A stretch of 64,000 nt of DNA from assembly GCA_964402565.1 (NCBI GenBank), contig CAYOCJ010000002.1:316659-380658 (forward strand), in the 5' to 3' direction. The notes beneath the pieces were generated by a model. The model was not told the origin of the DNA. It saw only the letters and a list, made by a program, of their open reading frames with translations, and made no database searches. The position numbers and the translations under genes are program-made. This stretch comes from an uncultured Gammaproteobacteria bacterium (GTDB taxonomy: Bacteria; Patescibacteriota; Patescibacteriia; UBA1558; 2-01-FULL-52-15). The stretch's first letter is position 1. Each line of letters opens with the position of its first letter. This document shows positions 55,899-64,000 of the stretch, one piece after another.

Positions 55899-57752
55899 TT
55901 ATACCGCCGCGAGATGGTGTTTCTCGATCTTCACCACGCTGTTGCGGAAGTCACGCATGTACTCGGTCAGCTCATCCTGGTGGTTGAGATCGAGATTTTG
56001 TCCATAGACGTTGGCGACTGCATGATCAAGGTCGTGCCTCGAGATACCGCTTTGCTTTCGGTTCTTGATGTCACGACGGATGGCAAGCGATGTTGCTTGG
56101 TCGACGATGCCTGCGATCATACCTCCGTTGACGATGTGCCGGAGGCTAAACAGTTTCTGGCTGACGACTCCTTTGTTCAGCACCGAAACATCGTAAAGGG
56201 CGAGATCCTCGGCGTAGAGCTTTTCAGCGGCGTAGGCAGCCATGTTCGACCGCGTGTAGCCGTTGTCGAAAGGAACATCACGGAGATGCAGCGAGAAGAT
56301 GTCAGTTGCGCTCCGGACATCCGGCCGCGTAACCCTGATCTTGCGGTCGATGCGACCATCACGAACGATCGCCGGATCCAAAACGTCAGAACGGTTCGTG
56401 GCGAGTATTACGATCGCACCGCTATCGTCGAGTCCGTCCATTTCAGCGAGGAACATCGGAACGATGGTTGACTCCATGTCAGAGCTGACGCCGGAACCGC
56501 GTTTTCGCAGAATGGATTCAGCCTCGTCGATAAAGATCACCGCCGGATAACCGTTGTCCAGGCGATGTTTACGTGCACGCGCGAAGAGCTGCCGGATCGC
56601 AGCCTCGGAGTCGCCGACCCAGCGGGTCAGGATCTCAGGACCTTTGACGTAGAGAAAGCCGCTCGGGGCGCTGTTGCCATCGCCATGGAGCCGTGACATC
56701 GCCGTCGCCGTTGCTTTCGCAAGCATTGTTTTGCCGCAGCCCGGAGGTCCGTAGAGCAGAACGCCCTTGATCGGCCGCTTGTTGTAGTGGCGATATAGGC
56801 TTCGCTCACGCAGCGGCAACTCTATAGCCTCGATCATTTCCGTTTTGGCGGTTTCGAGTCCGCCGATGTCATCCCACGAAACGTCGGATAACTCCGTCAG
56901 CGTGAAAGATTCTTCCTCACGGTCGAGTCTCTGGATGATGATCGAAGCAGATGCATCGAGGATTACGCGGTCGCCTTTCTCGAGGTGAAAGTGCTGACCA
57001 CATAAAACGACACGTTTTTGATCTTGATGTTCTACTTCGCACAAGTCGTTGTCGAGCCGTTGTACCACCGTCGAGATGTCGCCGTTGGTGAAGCCTTCCA
57101 CGACTTTGACGATCTGGCGAGACTCCGGCGACAGCTTGACGGTGTCACCTGCGCGGACGTCCTCGTCTTTGGGTAGCATCACCTCCATCAACGTACCGTC
57201 GAAGTAGATCACAGCCGTTGACGGAACCGGGAGACCGTCGACAAGATCCAAGTCAATGGGGCCATAACGACTGTCACAATTGTAAGAATTTTCGTAGCCG
57301 TCAGCGAAACGAACTACCGCTGTCAGGCTACCTTCTTGTTCTCGGAAGATCGTACCGATCCCAGCGTTCTGATAGTAGTACTCGCTATTTTTCGAGATAC
57401 GAACACGAGTGCCTTTTGTAAAAGCACTTAAGTCCGGATCGGCCGGCATGATCCTGATCACTGTTGCCATGGGCATCGGCAGAGCCGTGAGCTGCTTCAG
57501 GCGAGAGTTCTGCTCCAGCAGCTTTTCTTTTGCCAGGACCAGAGCTTCACGAAGCCTGAAGGCATCCTTGCCTTCTTTTTCGTCAACTTCCTGATATCTT
57601 GCAAGCTTGTCTTCGAGCTCGGCAACGTACGCACGAGACGGAAGAGTGTCGTCTTGAACGATCGTAGCTGGAGCTTCGTGCTCTTGTCGATGATGTTCAC
57701 CTGTCTTCTGTTGAGGATGGTCTGCTTTGGGGGTTTTTTTGTTGGACCACAT
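55899..57752 (-). CDS. ARC/Mpa-type proteasomal AAA+ ATPase homolog
   Basis: Coiled coil-Pro, two OB domains, DIGGL, GVLLYGPPGCGKT, KGPE.L...VG, RGSGVSSD.E.T.VP. Confidence 0.88.
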   Translation of the reverse strand: MWSNKKTPKADHPQQKTGEHHRQEHEAPATIVQDDTLPSRAYVAELEDKLARYQEVDEKEGKDAFRLREALVLAKEKLLEQNSRLKQLTALPMPMATVIRIMPADPDLSAFTKGTRVRISKNSEYYYQNAGIGTIFREQEGSLTAVVRFADGYENSYNCDSRYGPIDLDLVDGLPVPSTAVIYFDGTLMEVMLPKDEDVRAGDTVKLSPESRQIVKVVEGFTNGDISTVVQRLDNDLCEVEHQDQKRVVLCGQHFHLEKGDRVILDASASIIIQRLDREEESFTLTELSDVSWDDIGGLETAKTEMIEAIELPLRERSLYRHYNKRPIKGVLLYGPPGCGKTMLAKATATAMSRLHGDGNSAPSGFLYVKGPEILTRWVGDSEAAIRQLFARARKHRLDNGYPAVIFIDEAESILRKRGSGVSSDMESTIVPMFLAEMDGLDDSGAIVILATNRSDVLDPAIVRDGRIDRKIRVTRPDVRSATDIFSLHLRDVPFDNGYTRSNMAAYAAEKLYAEDLALYDVSVLNKGVVSQKLFSLRHIVNGGMIAGIVDQATSLAIRRDIKNRKQSGISRHDLDHAVANVYGQNLDLNHQDELTEYMRDFRNSVVKIEKHHLAAV

Positions 57753-57784
57753 GCCTCAGTCTCCTTGTGACCTGTTTGTTGCGT

Positions 57785-58024
57785 TTACTGCAAACGTACG
57801 TCGACAGCTCGTTCCACCTTTGTTCCGTTCTCGTCATCGACCGTTCCGATAAGGAACGTCACGTTGAGACCGCGCGCGAGTGCGATGTTTTCGTGCACAG
57901 AAGCAACGATAAACTTGCGCCCGTCGTAGGTACTCGTGGTGTCTTTGACTCGCACTTTCCAAAGAGTGGCTCGAGATGCAGGGTCGGCCCCAACGACGTA
58001 TCCTTGATGCCTTTTTTCGATCAT
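57785..58024 (-). CDS. Small cold-shock-like OB-fold protein
   Basis: AGGAG SD; L..G..V.F.I......G....A.DV C-terminus. Confidence 0.6.
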   Translation of the reverse strand: MIEKRHQGYVVGADPASRATLWKVRVKDTTSTYDGRKFIVASVHENIALARGLNVTFLIGTVDDENGTKVERAVDVRLQ

Positions 58025-58114
58025 GGGCTTCTCCTGTTGACTATAGACCTTCTGACCTTTATACATCCAACGACTTATCGTCGTAATTGGGACAATGTGA
58101 GTAATTTCCATAAT

Positions 58115-58168
58115 TTTTAAGGGACTGATAAAACATAAAGATATAGTATATTAAATGATTTTTGTCAA
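58115..58168 (-). promoter_or_regulatory. Promoter plus boxA-like element of the ARC-like operon
   Basis: TTGACA then AT-rich -10 region (spacing ambiguous); AGTCCCTTAAAA 58115-58126. Confidence 0.55.
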
Positions 58169-58187
58169 TCCAATTCGTTAATCGATA

Positions 58188-58232
58188 AAAAAGAAAACGG
58201 CCCCGGTCCACACGAACGTGTGGCCGGGGCCG
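58188..58232 (-). terminator. Terminator hairpin, copy 2 of a 45-bp direct repeat
   Basis: CGGCCCCGGCCACACG-TT-CGTGTGGACCGGGGCCG-TTTTCTTTTT on minus strand. Confidence 0.85.
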
Positions 58233-58236
58233 CAAG

Positions 58237-59118
58237 TTATGCGAGGCCCGAAGGCTTCTTCCAGTCGTCGTGACCGATGTGGCCGACAAACAACGGCTTG
58301 CTGAAGCCATGCCTGGTGAAGCAGACGAGGAAAGGCTTGTCGATGATGTAGACCGTCTTCGGCTTCGAGGCGCCCAGACGCATAATGCCGATCGCAGCAG
58401 CGCTCTCGGCTCGCGCGCCGACCTCGTTCATCCGAAGCTTGGTTTGCTGCTTCGCCTGCGAGACGATTGCAGGCCGACCGTCAACGCCCTTGGTGTTCAG
58501 TCCGCGGAGCCACGAGATGTCGACCTCTTGGTTCAGATCGACCATGGGGAAAATGACGCCTTCGTGCTCATCGTCGATATCGTCCGGTTCGAGCAGCCTG
58601 TCTGCCAGGCTGATGAGGTCGAAATCCTTCGGAGGATCATCCACGATGGACAGGTGGACCATGTCTCCGGACTTGGTTTTGATCATGATGACCGGATGCC
58701 GGTGCTTCGCCACGCGATAGATGATGTGGCCCTTGTCCATGCGCACGGCAGGGTAGGGCGTATCGTCCGCGGTCACGATCTGAGTTTCTGATCCTTTCGC
58801 CTCCCATTCCACGAGCAGGTCGAGTACGCTCGCGACGCCGAACTCGTTCGGGTCGAAGCGATCGAGCTGGATGCGGAAGCCTTTTTTCCTTAGGAAGGCG
58901 TTGATCTCGTCAGCGCTTTTCGAAGCGAGGCTCTCGATCTCCGGCAGCCTGCCGATCTCGTCGCGGTTGCGCCTGAAGAATTCGTCAAGGAATCTCGACT
59001 GCATGCGGTTCTTCGGGGACCAGAGCCTGTGAGCTCCCATGCCAGGCATTTCTTCCGCTGCGACCAGGGCCGCTACGATCGGATAGGTGACTACGGTTTG
59101 GCTTTCGGTTGCGATCAC
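58237..59118 (-). CDS. Short serpin-like protein
   Basis: MNEVGARAESAAA hinge, IDKPFL, PLFVG; AAGGAG SD. Confidence 0.7.
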   Translation of the reverse strand: MIATESQTVVTYPIVAALVAAEEMPGMGAHRLWSPKNRMQSRFLDEFFRRNRDEIGRLPEIESLASKSADEINAFLRKKGFRIQLDRFDPNEFGVASVLDLLVEWEAKGSETQIVTADDTPYPAVRMDKGHIIYRVAKHRHPVIMIKTKSGDMVHLSIVDDPPKDFDLISLADRLLEPDDIDDEHEGVIFPMVDLNQEVDISWLRGLNTKGVDGRPAIVSQAKQQTKLRMNEVGARAESAAAIGIMRLGASKPKTVYIIDKPFLVCFTRHGFSKPLFVGHIGHDDWKKPSGLA

Positions 59119-59142
59119 GCCTTCTCCTTTTTGCCTTTTGGC

Positions 59143-59212
59143 AGTTAAAGTGCGACTTCTTGCTGCGATGCAAGAAACCGCAAATATTTGCAGGAAATGA
59201 AGTAAATGTCAA
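59143..59212 (-). promoter_or_regulatory. Promoter plus boxA-like element
   Basis: TTGACA 59207-59212; CGCACTTTAACT 59143-59154. Confidence 0.55.
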
Positions 59213-59340
59213 TTTTTTTATCCACGTTTAATAAAAAAGCATTTGATTTTAATGTTATTGACAATGTTGCCTGAAAAGTGTATAAGTCTTTGATCATCGT
59301 CCAATCACGGATGATGAGTTCCAATACACATGAGGTGCCC

Positions 59341-60018
59341 ATGCCGCTCCTGAAACGGTTCTACGACCTGCTTCACGACAAGCTCAGCGCCGGCGTCGAC
59401 AAGGCTCAGGATCCCGAAGACAAGATCCGTGCCGTGATGCACAGCATCACGGACCAGGCGCCTGCGGTGCGCCAGGCCACAGCCGAGCCCATCGCTCGCT
59501 ACACCGATCTGCTTTCCCGCAGCGAAGCCATGAAGGTGAAGGTCACTGCGCTCGAGGCCAAGGCGCGCGGAGCCATCGGCAAAAACGACGAGGCCGCACG
59601 CGCCTACGCGACGCAGCTTGTCGACGCCAGGGCCGAAGCGGCCAGGATCGACGCACAGCTCGCGACCGCGAAGGAACGGGCGGACCAAGCCCGCCAGCAC
59701 TACGCCGACTGGAAGGAGAAGGTCGACGCGATGCACAGCCAGGCCATGGATGCTCTCGGCGAAGCCGAACGCGCCAAGGCGCAGAGGGTCTACAACGAGA
59801 CCATGCGCACGCTCGACAGCACAAGCCTCGACAGCAGCTTCGCGGAAGCGACGAACGCCGTCGCCATGGAGGCGCGCAAGGCCGACGCCGAGGCAACGCT
59901 CGACGAGGATCCGACAGCGGCAGCGGTCAAGGCATACGACAACCAGCAGCGTACCGCTGCGGTGGACGAGGTTCTGAAGAGCCTCGCCGCATCGCAAGAT
60001 GCCGCAACCCCGGCCTAA
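59341..60018 (+). CDS. PspA/IM30 family protein
   Basis: Amphipathic N-helix, DKAQDPE, A..A....DEAAR, long coiled coil; promoter TTGACA 59258; terminator 60038-60077. Confidence 0.8.
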   Translation: MPLLKRFYDLLHDKLSAGVDKAQDPEDKIRAVMHSITDQAPAVRQATAEPIARYTDLLSRSEAMKVKVTALEAKARGAIGKNDEAARAYATQLVDARAEAARIDAQLATAKERADQARQHYADWKEKVDAMHSQAMDALGEAERAKAQRVYNETMRTLDSTSLDSSFAEATNAVAMEARKADAEATLDEDPTAAAVKAYDNQQRTAAVDEVLKSLAASQDAATPA

Positions 60019-60098
60019 CAAAGGCCGGTCTACTATCGGTGCAGGTGTTCCCCTCGGAATGCCTGCACCTTTTCTTTATAATAGTGGAAACGAAATGG

Positions 60099-60146
60099 TT
60101 GACTTTTTTATCAATATTTGTTAGAAGTATCGGTTGCTCTTTAACA
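60099..60146 (+). promoter_or_regulatory. Promoter plus perfect boxA
   Basis: TTGACT-17-TAGAAG; TGCTCTTTAACA 60135-60146 equals the E. coli rrn boxA. Confidence 0.7.
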
Positions 60147-60187
60147 CGCTATTCGAGAAAATATTGAAAAAAACGGAGGTTCTTCTC

Positions 60188-61177
60188 GTGATACAAATGA
60201 TCCTCGGTAAGCCTGTCGACGAATTCGTTTATCGGTATGTCCCGGGCTTGTGGGTGATCACCCCGTATTACAATCCAATGGGCTACCAGACCCGGCGCCG
60301 CAACTACGAGATCTTTTCTCGCGTCTTGCGAAACTCCGGCATTCCGCTCATCACGGTCGAATGCGTATTCGGCGATCAGAAGTTCGATCTTCCTGAGTCA
60401 CCGGACGTGATCCGGCTGAAGAGCGAGTCCATGCTGTGGCAGAAAGAGCGTCTGCTCAATCTCGCCATCTCATGGCTGCCGCCATCCTGCACCGCAGTTG
60501 CGTGGCTTGATTGCGATCTGATGTTTACGAACCCGAACTGGGCTCAGGAGACTGTGGCGCGTCTGCACGATGCAGCGGTTGTTCAAGTCTTCGAGACTTG
60601 TAACCGCTTGCCGCAGCAGTATGCGGATCCCTCTGCACATGGAGACATCTGCACTTCCTTCGGCAGCGTGCTGTCACAGGATCCTTCACAGTACGCTACA
60701 GGCAATTTCGCGAATCACGGTCACACCGGATACGGCTGGGCTGCGCGAAGGGACATCCTCGACAAACACGGGCTCTACGAAGCAGCAATAGCCGGATCGG
60801 CGGACCATTATATGGCCCATGCTGCGGTCGGTGATTTCGATTCAGTGTGCATCACTCGCCACATGAGCAGAAACCCTACGCTCAAGCGGCATTACCGCGA
60901 CTGGGCCGAGTCGTTCTATGAGTCGGTCGGCGGCAAGCTGCAGGCAGTGTCAGGCACTGTGCTGCATCTGTGGCATGGAGAGCTCGCGGATCGAAAATAT
61001 TCGCTACGCCATCTCGAACTCGAAGCTCTGCAGTTCAATCCGTACACTGATCTGGTTTCGCATCCCGGCAAACCGCTGGAGCTGAAGCCCAGTAGTCGAA
61101 CTGAGGAATTGATTCGCTGGTTCGGCATGTATTTCGCGAGCCGGCGAGAAGACGGACCATTAACCGCAACGATATGA
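60188..61177 (+). CDS. GT-A fold glycosyltransferase-like protein
   Basis: W.KE.L.N.A, WLDCD, G..W, GS.D, HLWHG; start may be 60197. Confidence 0.7.
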   Translation: MIQMILGKPVDEFVYRYVPGLWVITPYYNPMGYQTRRRNYEIFSRVLRNSGIPLITVECVFGDQKFDLPESPDVIRLKSESMLWQKERLLNLAISWLPPSCTAVAWLDCDLMFTNPNWAQETVARLHDAAVVQVFETCNRLPQQYADPSAHGDICTSFGSVLSQDPSQYATGNFANHGHTGYGWAARRDILDKHGLYEAAIAGSADHYMAHAAVGDFDSVCITRHMSRNPTLKRHYRDWAESFYESVGGKLQAVSGTVLHLWHGELADRKYSLRHLELEALQFNPYTDLVSHPGKPLELKPSSRTEELIRWFGMYFASRREDGPLTATI

Positions 61178-61187
61178 CGGAGGACCC

Positions 61188-62327
61188 ATGGCTGACAAAC
61201 GGGTGTTTCTGACCGAGCTCGACTCTCACGCAGACAGCTTGCGACGTGCATTCGAACAGATGGGCCAGACGATCCAGGATAACGGTCGCGATCTCGACGC
61301 GCTGCGAAAAACTCGCAGCAAGCGGATCGGCGAGTACATCGACGAGATTCTGCCGGACCTCAGTCCGGCCTCGATCACTCAGCTGAACGCGAAGCTTCCA
61401 GGCGCTGCCACGACGGAGCAAGTCGTGTCGCTCATCGCAGGAATGAAGCAGACCTACCAAGGTCAGGTCGACCGCCTGCTCACGACCTACGACCCCAAGT
61501 CCTACGAAGGAACCAAGATGGGCCTGGAGGTCAAACTCCAGGAAGCCGAGAGAGACCTCGACTATGTGAAAGCTCCGCTCGACGGCCTCAAGGCCATCCC
61601 GGATCTCTCGCGTCTCATGCAGAGCGGTTATGGCACCGATGCCTACCCGCATGGCTTCCTCAACAGCCAGTACTACCGCGACTGGAAAGCAGCCGACGCG
61701 GCTGTCGAGCGGGCTGGAAACGTCAGGAACTGGGTCGAGCTCGCTGCACGGTATCGTACCGCAGCCGGCAACGTGATCACCGTCGGAGCGCGAGTCGCAT
61801 CAGTTCGCAAGCAGATCGAAACGCTGACTTCCCTGCACGACGAATACGAGAACGCGAAGGCTGCGCTGGACCAGGTTCCGCAGAAAGCGCGGGAGACGAT
61901 CTCAGTGAAGGTCAGGTCGAAGCTCGATGCTTTGGATCCGATGCCTGACTGGGCATCCGACATCGCGAACTTGGACAAGAAGATCGCGGCCAAGGTGGAC
62001 GAGACTTCGAAGCTTCAGGAAACCCAAGGCAAGATGTCCGAACAGATCGCGAGCATGCAGAAGATCAAAGCGCAGGCAACGCGCAGCAGGGATAACCAAG
62101 TCCCTGACAAGTACCTGCAGGCGATTCGCCAGACCAGGCCCTTCGGCGCATCCGGAGGCAGCTCGCACACCGTGTACGTGAACGACAATAGCTGGCTGCT
62201 GCCGATGATCCTGTACACGGAGATGGGAAATCACTTTTCCAGCGACCGTGCCTACCGCGACGGGCGTGAGGATCAGCGCCAAGCTGACTACGCATACGCG
62301 CACGCCGATCGCAGCGGCAACTCCTAA
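61188..62327 (+). CDS. Coiled-coil protein
   Basis: GGAGG SD; heptads flanking a central GYGT..Y...YY.DWK insert. Confidence 0.8.
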   Translation: MADKRVFLTELDSHADSLRRAFEQMGQTIQDNGRDLDALRKTRSKRIGEYIDEILPDLSPASITQLNAKLPGAATTEQVVSLIAGMKQTYQGQVDRLLTTYDPKSYEGTKMGLEVKLQEAERDLDYVKAPLDGLKAIPDLSRLMQSGYGTDAYPHGFLNSQYYRDWKAADAAVERAGNVRNWVELAARYRTAAGNVITVGARVASVRKQIETLTSLHDEYENAKAALDQVPQKARETISVKVRSKLDALDPMPDWASDIANLDKKIAAKVDETSKLQETQGKMSEQIASMQKIKAQATRSRDNQVPDKYLQAIRQTRPFGASGGSSHTVYVNDNSWLLPMILYTEMGNHFSSDRAYRDGREDQRQADYAYAHADRSGNS

Positions 62328-62366
62328 ACCTACAACGTTTCTATTTCCATTTGGAGGAAGAGACCG

Positions 62367-62918
62367 ATGACGTACAAGACGTTCGTGCGCGTGGTCTGGG
62401 TTCTGGGGATCGTGCTCGTCATTTCGATGGGCTATTGCGTGAAGAACTGTGCGAGCAGCCATGCTTCGGCCGAAGCCCAGGTTCAGACCGGCACGGTGGT
62501 GACGCAGGCGTATATCCCGCCGGCTCCTGTCCGCGCACCCGACCCTGAACCTCCGGTTCGCCACGTCGCTCCGGCGGCTGCCTCGGGGCCGCTCACCGCT
62601 TCTCGCATGTACTCGACCGATGAGCTTGCCGCCAAGATCGAGGGCTTCCTCTCGGCTCACGGCAAGAACCGCGGACGCCAGCAATGGGTGAATTGCATGC
62701 CGGAGGAGCCTTTCCGCGCGACGGCAGTCCGTTTCAAAGAAGCGGACGCGGTCAAATGGTCGAATGACCCTGACCAGTGGTCGCAGGTCCGCCTCGACCT
62801 CGATCGCGACGGTCGCGACGATGAGAAGTGGCTCCTGAAAAACGGCCACACCTACAAGCGAGAGGTGCTCGGGCCTGACGGCAAGAGCGTCGTCAAGACC
62901 GAATACGTCAAGAGGTAG
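62367..62918 (+). CDS. Membrane-anchored exported protein
   Basis: N-terminal TM, Pro-rich linker, DLDRDG.DDEKW; terminator 62954-62992. Confidence 0.75.
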   Translation: MTYKTFVRVVWVLGIVLVISMGYCVKNCASSHASAEAQVQTGTVVTQAYIPPAPVRAPDPEPPVRHVAPAAASGPLTASRMYSTDELAAKIEGFLSAHGKNRGRQQWVNCMPEEPFRATAVRFKEADAVKWSNDPDQWSQVRLDLDRDGRDDEKWLLKNGHTYKREVLGPDGKSVVKTEYVKR

Positions 62919-63077
62919 GAGAAGCGTCTGAGTAATTTCTCGAATTGTAAGCTGTGCCCCGAGCGTTTCACGCCCGGGGCACTTTTCTTTTATCAAAAAT
63001 ATCCTTGTCACAGATATCGTTGCGTATTACAGTATAAGCATACAGAACACTATTTTTAAATAATCTAAAGCACACAT

Positions 63078-63248
63078 ATGAAAAACCGGCATGGCGGCGA
63101 AGCAGTATATGGACTTGGTCTCATCGGAGCATTGGTTTACTTTATCGGCCATGCGCAATCGTTCTGGGGTGGCTTGCTTGGTTTTCTTGAAGCCTTAGTC
63201 TGGCCGGCAATACTCGTGTACAAATTGTTAGAAATGTTTTGGAAATAG
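63078..63248 (+). CDS. 56-aa membrane protein (not in ORF track)
   Basis: MKNRHGGEAVYGLGLIGALVYFIGHAQSFWGGLLGFLEALVWPAILVYKLLEMFWK. Confidence 0.65.
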   Translation: MKNRHGGEAVYGLGLIGALVYFIGHAQSFWGGLLGFLEALVWPAILVYKLLEMFWK

Positions 63249-63319
63249 AAAGCAGTTTTTGAAAAAGAAAAAGGCCGTATCGGGAGATACGGCCTCATGA
63301 ATCATAATGCAGTGTTGCT

Positions 63320-64000
63320 TCAGACCAACTGGAGTTTCCGTGCCAACCAGGGCGTGGCCAGAGGTTGGACGATGAGTGTGAGCAGGATCACCCACATGCC
63401 GATCGGTACGAGTGCCTCGGTACCGGGAATAGCGCGACTCGCGATGGTGACGAGAAGTACTGCCGGGATTGCACCGGTTTCTCTGACCCAGGCAAGGAAG
63501 GCGAGCTGTTGCCAGCTAAGGCGTTCCTTGGTGAGCTTCGTTGTGAAGACCGAAAGCATGACCAACACCGTCAGCGGTCGTACTACGAAAACGAAAACGA
63601 GTGCCGAGATGATGCCGATGAGAGCGTATTGCCCGAGCGAGCCAAGATCTACGAGCGAGCCAAGCAGGAGGAAGATCGTGGGCTTCGCCAGGCCGTCCAC
63701 CACATGTTCTTCGAGGAAGTGACCCGTTTTCTCGAGGTGATTCGAAAGCTCGAAGAGAAGGCCTGCGATGAAAGCCGCGAGATAGCCGCTGCCTCCGAAG
63801 AGCAGTGCTGCCACGAAGGCGAAGAGCGGGATAAACAGGAAGAAAATCCCGTCAGCACCGGCTTCGAATCCGTGATGCAGCTTGCGCCAGCTGAAGAGCC
63901 TGAGCAGCAGCCAGCCGACGATACCGGCGAGGGCACCGTAGAATGTTTGCTCGACGAGAATCAGCGCGCTCCCGACTGAGAACAGTGAAGCGAATCCGCT
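63320..64000 (-). CDS. Cation:proton antiporter (CPA1), 5' end outside window
   Basis: Frame open to the window edge; GGSGYLAAFIAG, FLLLG, VRP, GA.PAVL. Confidence 0.85.
   Translation of the reverse strand, partial: SGFASLFSVGSALILVEQTFYGALAGIVGWLLLRLFSWRKLHHGFEAGADGIFFLFIPLFAFVAALLFGGSGYLAAFIAGLLFELSNHLEKTGHFLEEHVVDGLAKPTIFLLLGSLVDLGSLGQYALIGIISALVFVFVVRPLTVLVMLSVFTTKLTKERLSWQQLAFLAWVRETGAIPAVLLVTIASRAIPGTEALVPIGMWVILLTLIVQPLATPWLARKLQLV

Noticed and set aside
55698-57752. Calling these canonical pup and arc/mpa
   Set aside because: No GGE/GGQ tail, no HbYX motif, no pafA/dop/prcAB nearby; symbols withheld.
55302-58240. Cassette hairpins as integron attC sites
   Set aside because: They end in U-tracts like terminators, lack paired RYYYAAC/GTTRRRY boxes, cassettes have their own promoters and both orientations, and no integrase is seen.

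Overview
Chromosomal segment of a small-genome bacterium, most likely Patescibacteria/CPR (inferred from DUF5666 proteins, pilin-LamG fusion, CarS-family gene, truncated pyruvate kinase, SD-less core genes). Core genes include proS, HU, dnaG-rpoD, nth, pyk, a four-gene lipid/glycolipid operon, an ECF sigma/MacAB-like module, glycosyltransferases and six tRNAs (Ser, fMet, Met, Asn, Pro, Leu). They are interleaved with about a dozen visibly GC-richer accessory cassettes, most sharing one expression layout: TTGACA-17-TAnnnT promoter, a boxA-like 12-mer just after the start site, a strong Shine-Dalgarno, and a long hairpin terminator. The best candidate for a new system is an operon at 55.3-58.2 kb: an ARC/Mpa-type proteasomal ATPase without the HbYX tail, a 63-aa Pup-like protein ending in GCFCFR instead of GGE/GGQ, and a CPYC membrane protein, flanked by a 45-bp direct repeat and with no PafA/Dop/20S genes in the window. 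Two further coiled-coil/AAA operons (26.1-34.6 kb, 37.0-39.2 kb) are led by paralogous small cold-shock-like proteins. No CRISPR array, rRNA, integrase or transposase was seen. All family names are from motif recognition by eye, not database searches.
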